Assembly (NCBI GenBank): GCA_050084985.1
Contig: JBITNC010000002.1
Location: forward strand, 24,924,001 to 24,988,000
Reading direction: 5' to 3'
DNA: 64,000 nt
Source of the DNA: Nageia nagi
Taxonomy: Eukaryota; Plantae; Pinophyta
Position numbers and translations under genes: made by a program. Each line of letters starts with the position of its first letter. The first letter of the stretch is position 1. The notes beneath the pieces were generated by a model. It made no database searches, was not told the origin of the DNA, and saw only the letters and a program-made list of their open reading frames with translations. Shown piece after piece: positions 62,301-64,000 of the stretch.

Positions 62301-64000
62301 GCTTCTTTCTCAATCATCACATGAAATTCTTTAAACTTTGCAAAACATTCAGATTTGTTCTTTAACAAATACACCCAACACATCCTAGAGTAATCATCTA
62401 TGAGAGTCATGATATATTTGTTTCCAACAACAGAAGGGATAGGCAATGGACCACACAAATCGGAGTGTATGAGTTCTAGTTTTCTACATGCTCTAAAATT
62501 TGAATCATGAAAAGGTTGCTTGTTGTGCTTTCCTAGGACACATGCTTCACAAGGTTCTATGTTCCTAGGAATAGTAGGCAATCCCCAAAAACCTCTCTTT
62601 TTTAATAAATGAAGATCATCAAAATTGAGATGGCCAAATCTTGCATGCCACAAAAGACTAGATGAGAGAGTACCTTTTTCTTGATGGGTGAGGTAGGCAT
62701 AATTTGTGATTTGGCAGAACTTTCATGCATCTTCAACAGCTTCTCATCCTCCCCATCAGTCATCACCACTTTGTTGTCGGAAAACCTCCTTATCTCCACA
62801 ATGCCATCGAACATATGAATAGAGTGTCCTTGTTGTCGAATGAGCACAAGAGATAGCAAGTTCCTTCACAGTTGAGAAAGGTAGAGCACATTTCAAAGAA
62901 CCATATCTGGAAGGCCTGGCAATTTAAGTCTTACAGTACCAATACCTGAAGGTTTGATATAGGATTTGTCAACAAAATATACCGCACCATCAATGTTGGT
63001 ATTCATTTCCTCAAAGAATTCTCTTCGGAAGGTCATGTGGCATGTAGCACCAGTATCAAGCAACCATGCATCCTCCCAAGATGCAAATGAAGTATTACAC
63101 AAATTTTCAATGGTATCGTTACAATATGCAGTAACATAATGAGCAGAATCAAAGTTCTTACTCTTGTCTTGCTCCCGTTTTTCATTCCTTTCTTTGATCT
63201 TGTCCCATGGAGTGCGACAGGTATGAGCTTCATGGCCTCGTCTATCGCATCTTTTGCAATGGAGATTGTTCCTCTCATCACGATCACCTTGATTAGATCT
63301 ACCCCCCGGCCTCTATAGTTCCTCCTACCACAACCACGGTTGTTGCTTTCACCTCGAGAAGAATCATGAATAACATTCTTTCCCTTTTGAGCAATACACA
63401 ATATGTCTGAAGTAGAATCACTAGATTTCTTACCAAAAGCCTTCTCACGTTCTACAATCTTATCCGCCAGAGTGTCAAATGTGAGAGACTTTAGGTTACC
63501 ACTAGCTTGCAAAGATTCAAAATAGTTTGAATAGGTGGGATACAATAACTTAATCAAAGCTGCGAGAGCAATATCAATCTTCACACCAGTAGAGTCAATG
63601 TCATGCATTATTGCTCTAATTTCTAAAATTAGTGCAATGGGATCATCATTCTTTAACTCTAGGTTAAAGCGTTTCAACTCGAGTTGGATCAATTCTAGTT
63701 TGGAATGGGAATCAAACAAATCTTTGAGTTTCTTTAATGCATTCCAAGCATCATCAATAGAGCTAATGTGGCGGTTAACCTCCTCACTAACCGAAGTAGC
63801 AATCAAAGCATATGCCTTATTATTTTTCATGTTGCAAACTGCAAGTTCCGTGGCATCAATCAATTTGGTAGGTTGTTTGTCCCCATCACAAATGTCAACC
63901 CAAAAATCATTGAAAATTTATGTATGTTTTATTTTCCTAGACCACTCTAGCCAATTTTCTTTTCCAGTTAAAACAACACCAACAATACTCATAAGGGAAT
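59368..64000 (-). mobile_element. Near-complete Ty1/Copia LTR retrotransposon; the 5' LTR lies outside the window
   Basis: 3' LTR ~59368-59731 (TGTTAGACACC..TTTTACA on the minus strand) follows PPT AAGGGGGGAA. Domain order is gag-PR-IN-RT-RH. Confidence 0.93.
59740..63992 (-). pseudogene. Copia gag-pol polyprotein with several frameshifts and stops
   Basis: gag (AWNALKKLKDLF), PR (WLLDTGATCHM), GAG-pre-integrase and IN (WHARFGH, HSDLCGP, LRSDNGGEY), RT (MDVKIAFLNG, LYGLKQAP, YVDDLL) and RNase H (KHINTKYH, DIFTKAL). Confidence 0.95.

Overview
AT-rich, repeat-dominated land-plant nuclear DNA. The TE families, very long TE-filled introns and CG/CHG-depleted old repeats suggest a gymnosperm-type genome (inference). 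One host gene is present: the 3' eight exons of a NEMP/PNET2-family inner nuclear membrane protein on the minus strand (31117-51541). Its 5' exons lie beyond 64000. Its introns hold an L1 LINE interrupted by a TSD-flanked hAT element, a solo LTR carrying a MITE, Copia and Gypsy fragments, a second hAT, an RTE-like LINE fragment and a near-complete Copia. The intergenic half (1-30 kb) holds a three-level nest. The outer layer is a putative two-gene DNA transposon: a ZNF862-like hAT transposase plus a convergent spliced accessory gene, between related subterminal repeat arrays. It is interrupted by a pol-less Ogre/Tat-like Gypsy element with gag and an antisense PMD ORF (TSD GTAAG), which is in turn interrupted by a deleted Copia (TSD TATCC). 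A small gag-only LTR element (TSD CATTC) sits inside another Ogre-like LTR. The best candidates for novelty are the two-gene hAT-like element and the tandem exon duplications in the NEMP gene. All protein family calls come from motif recognition by eye, not database searches.
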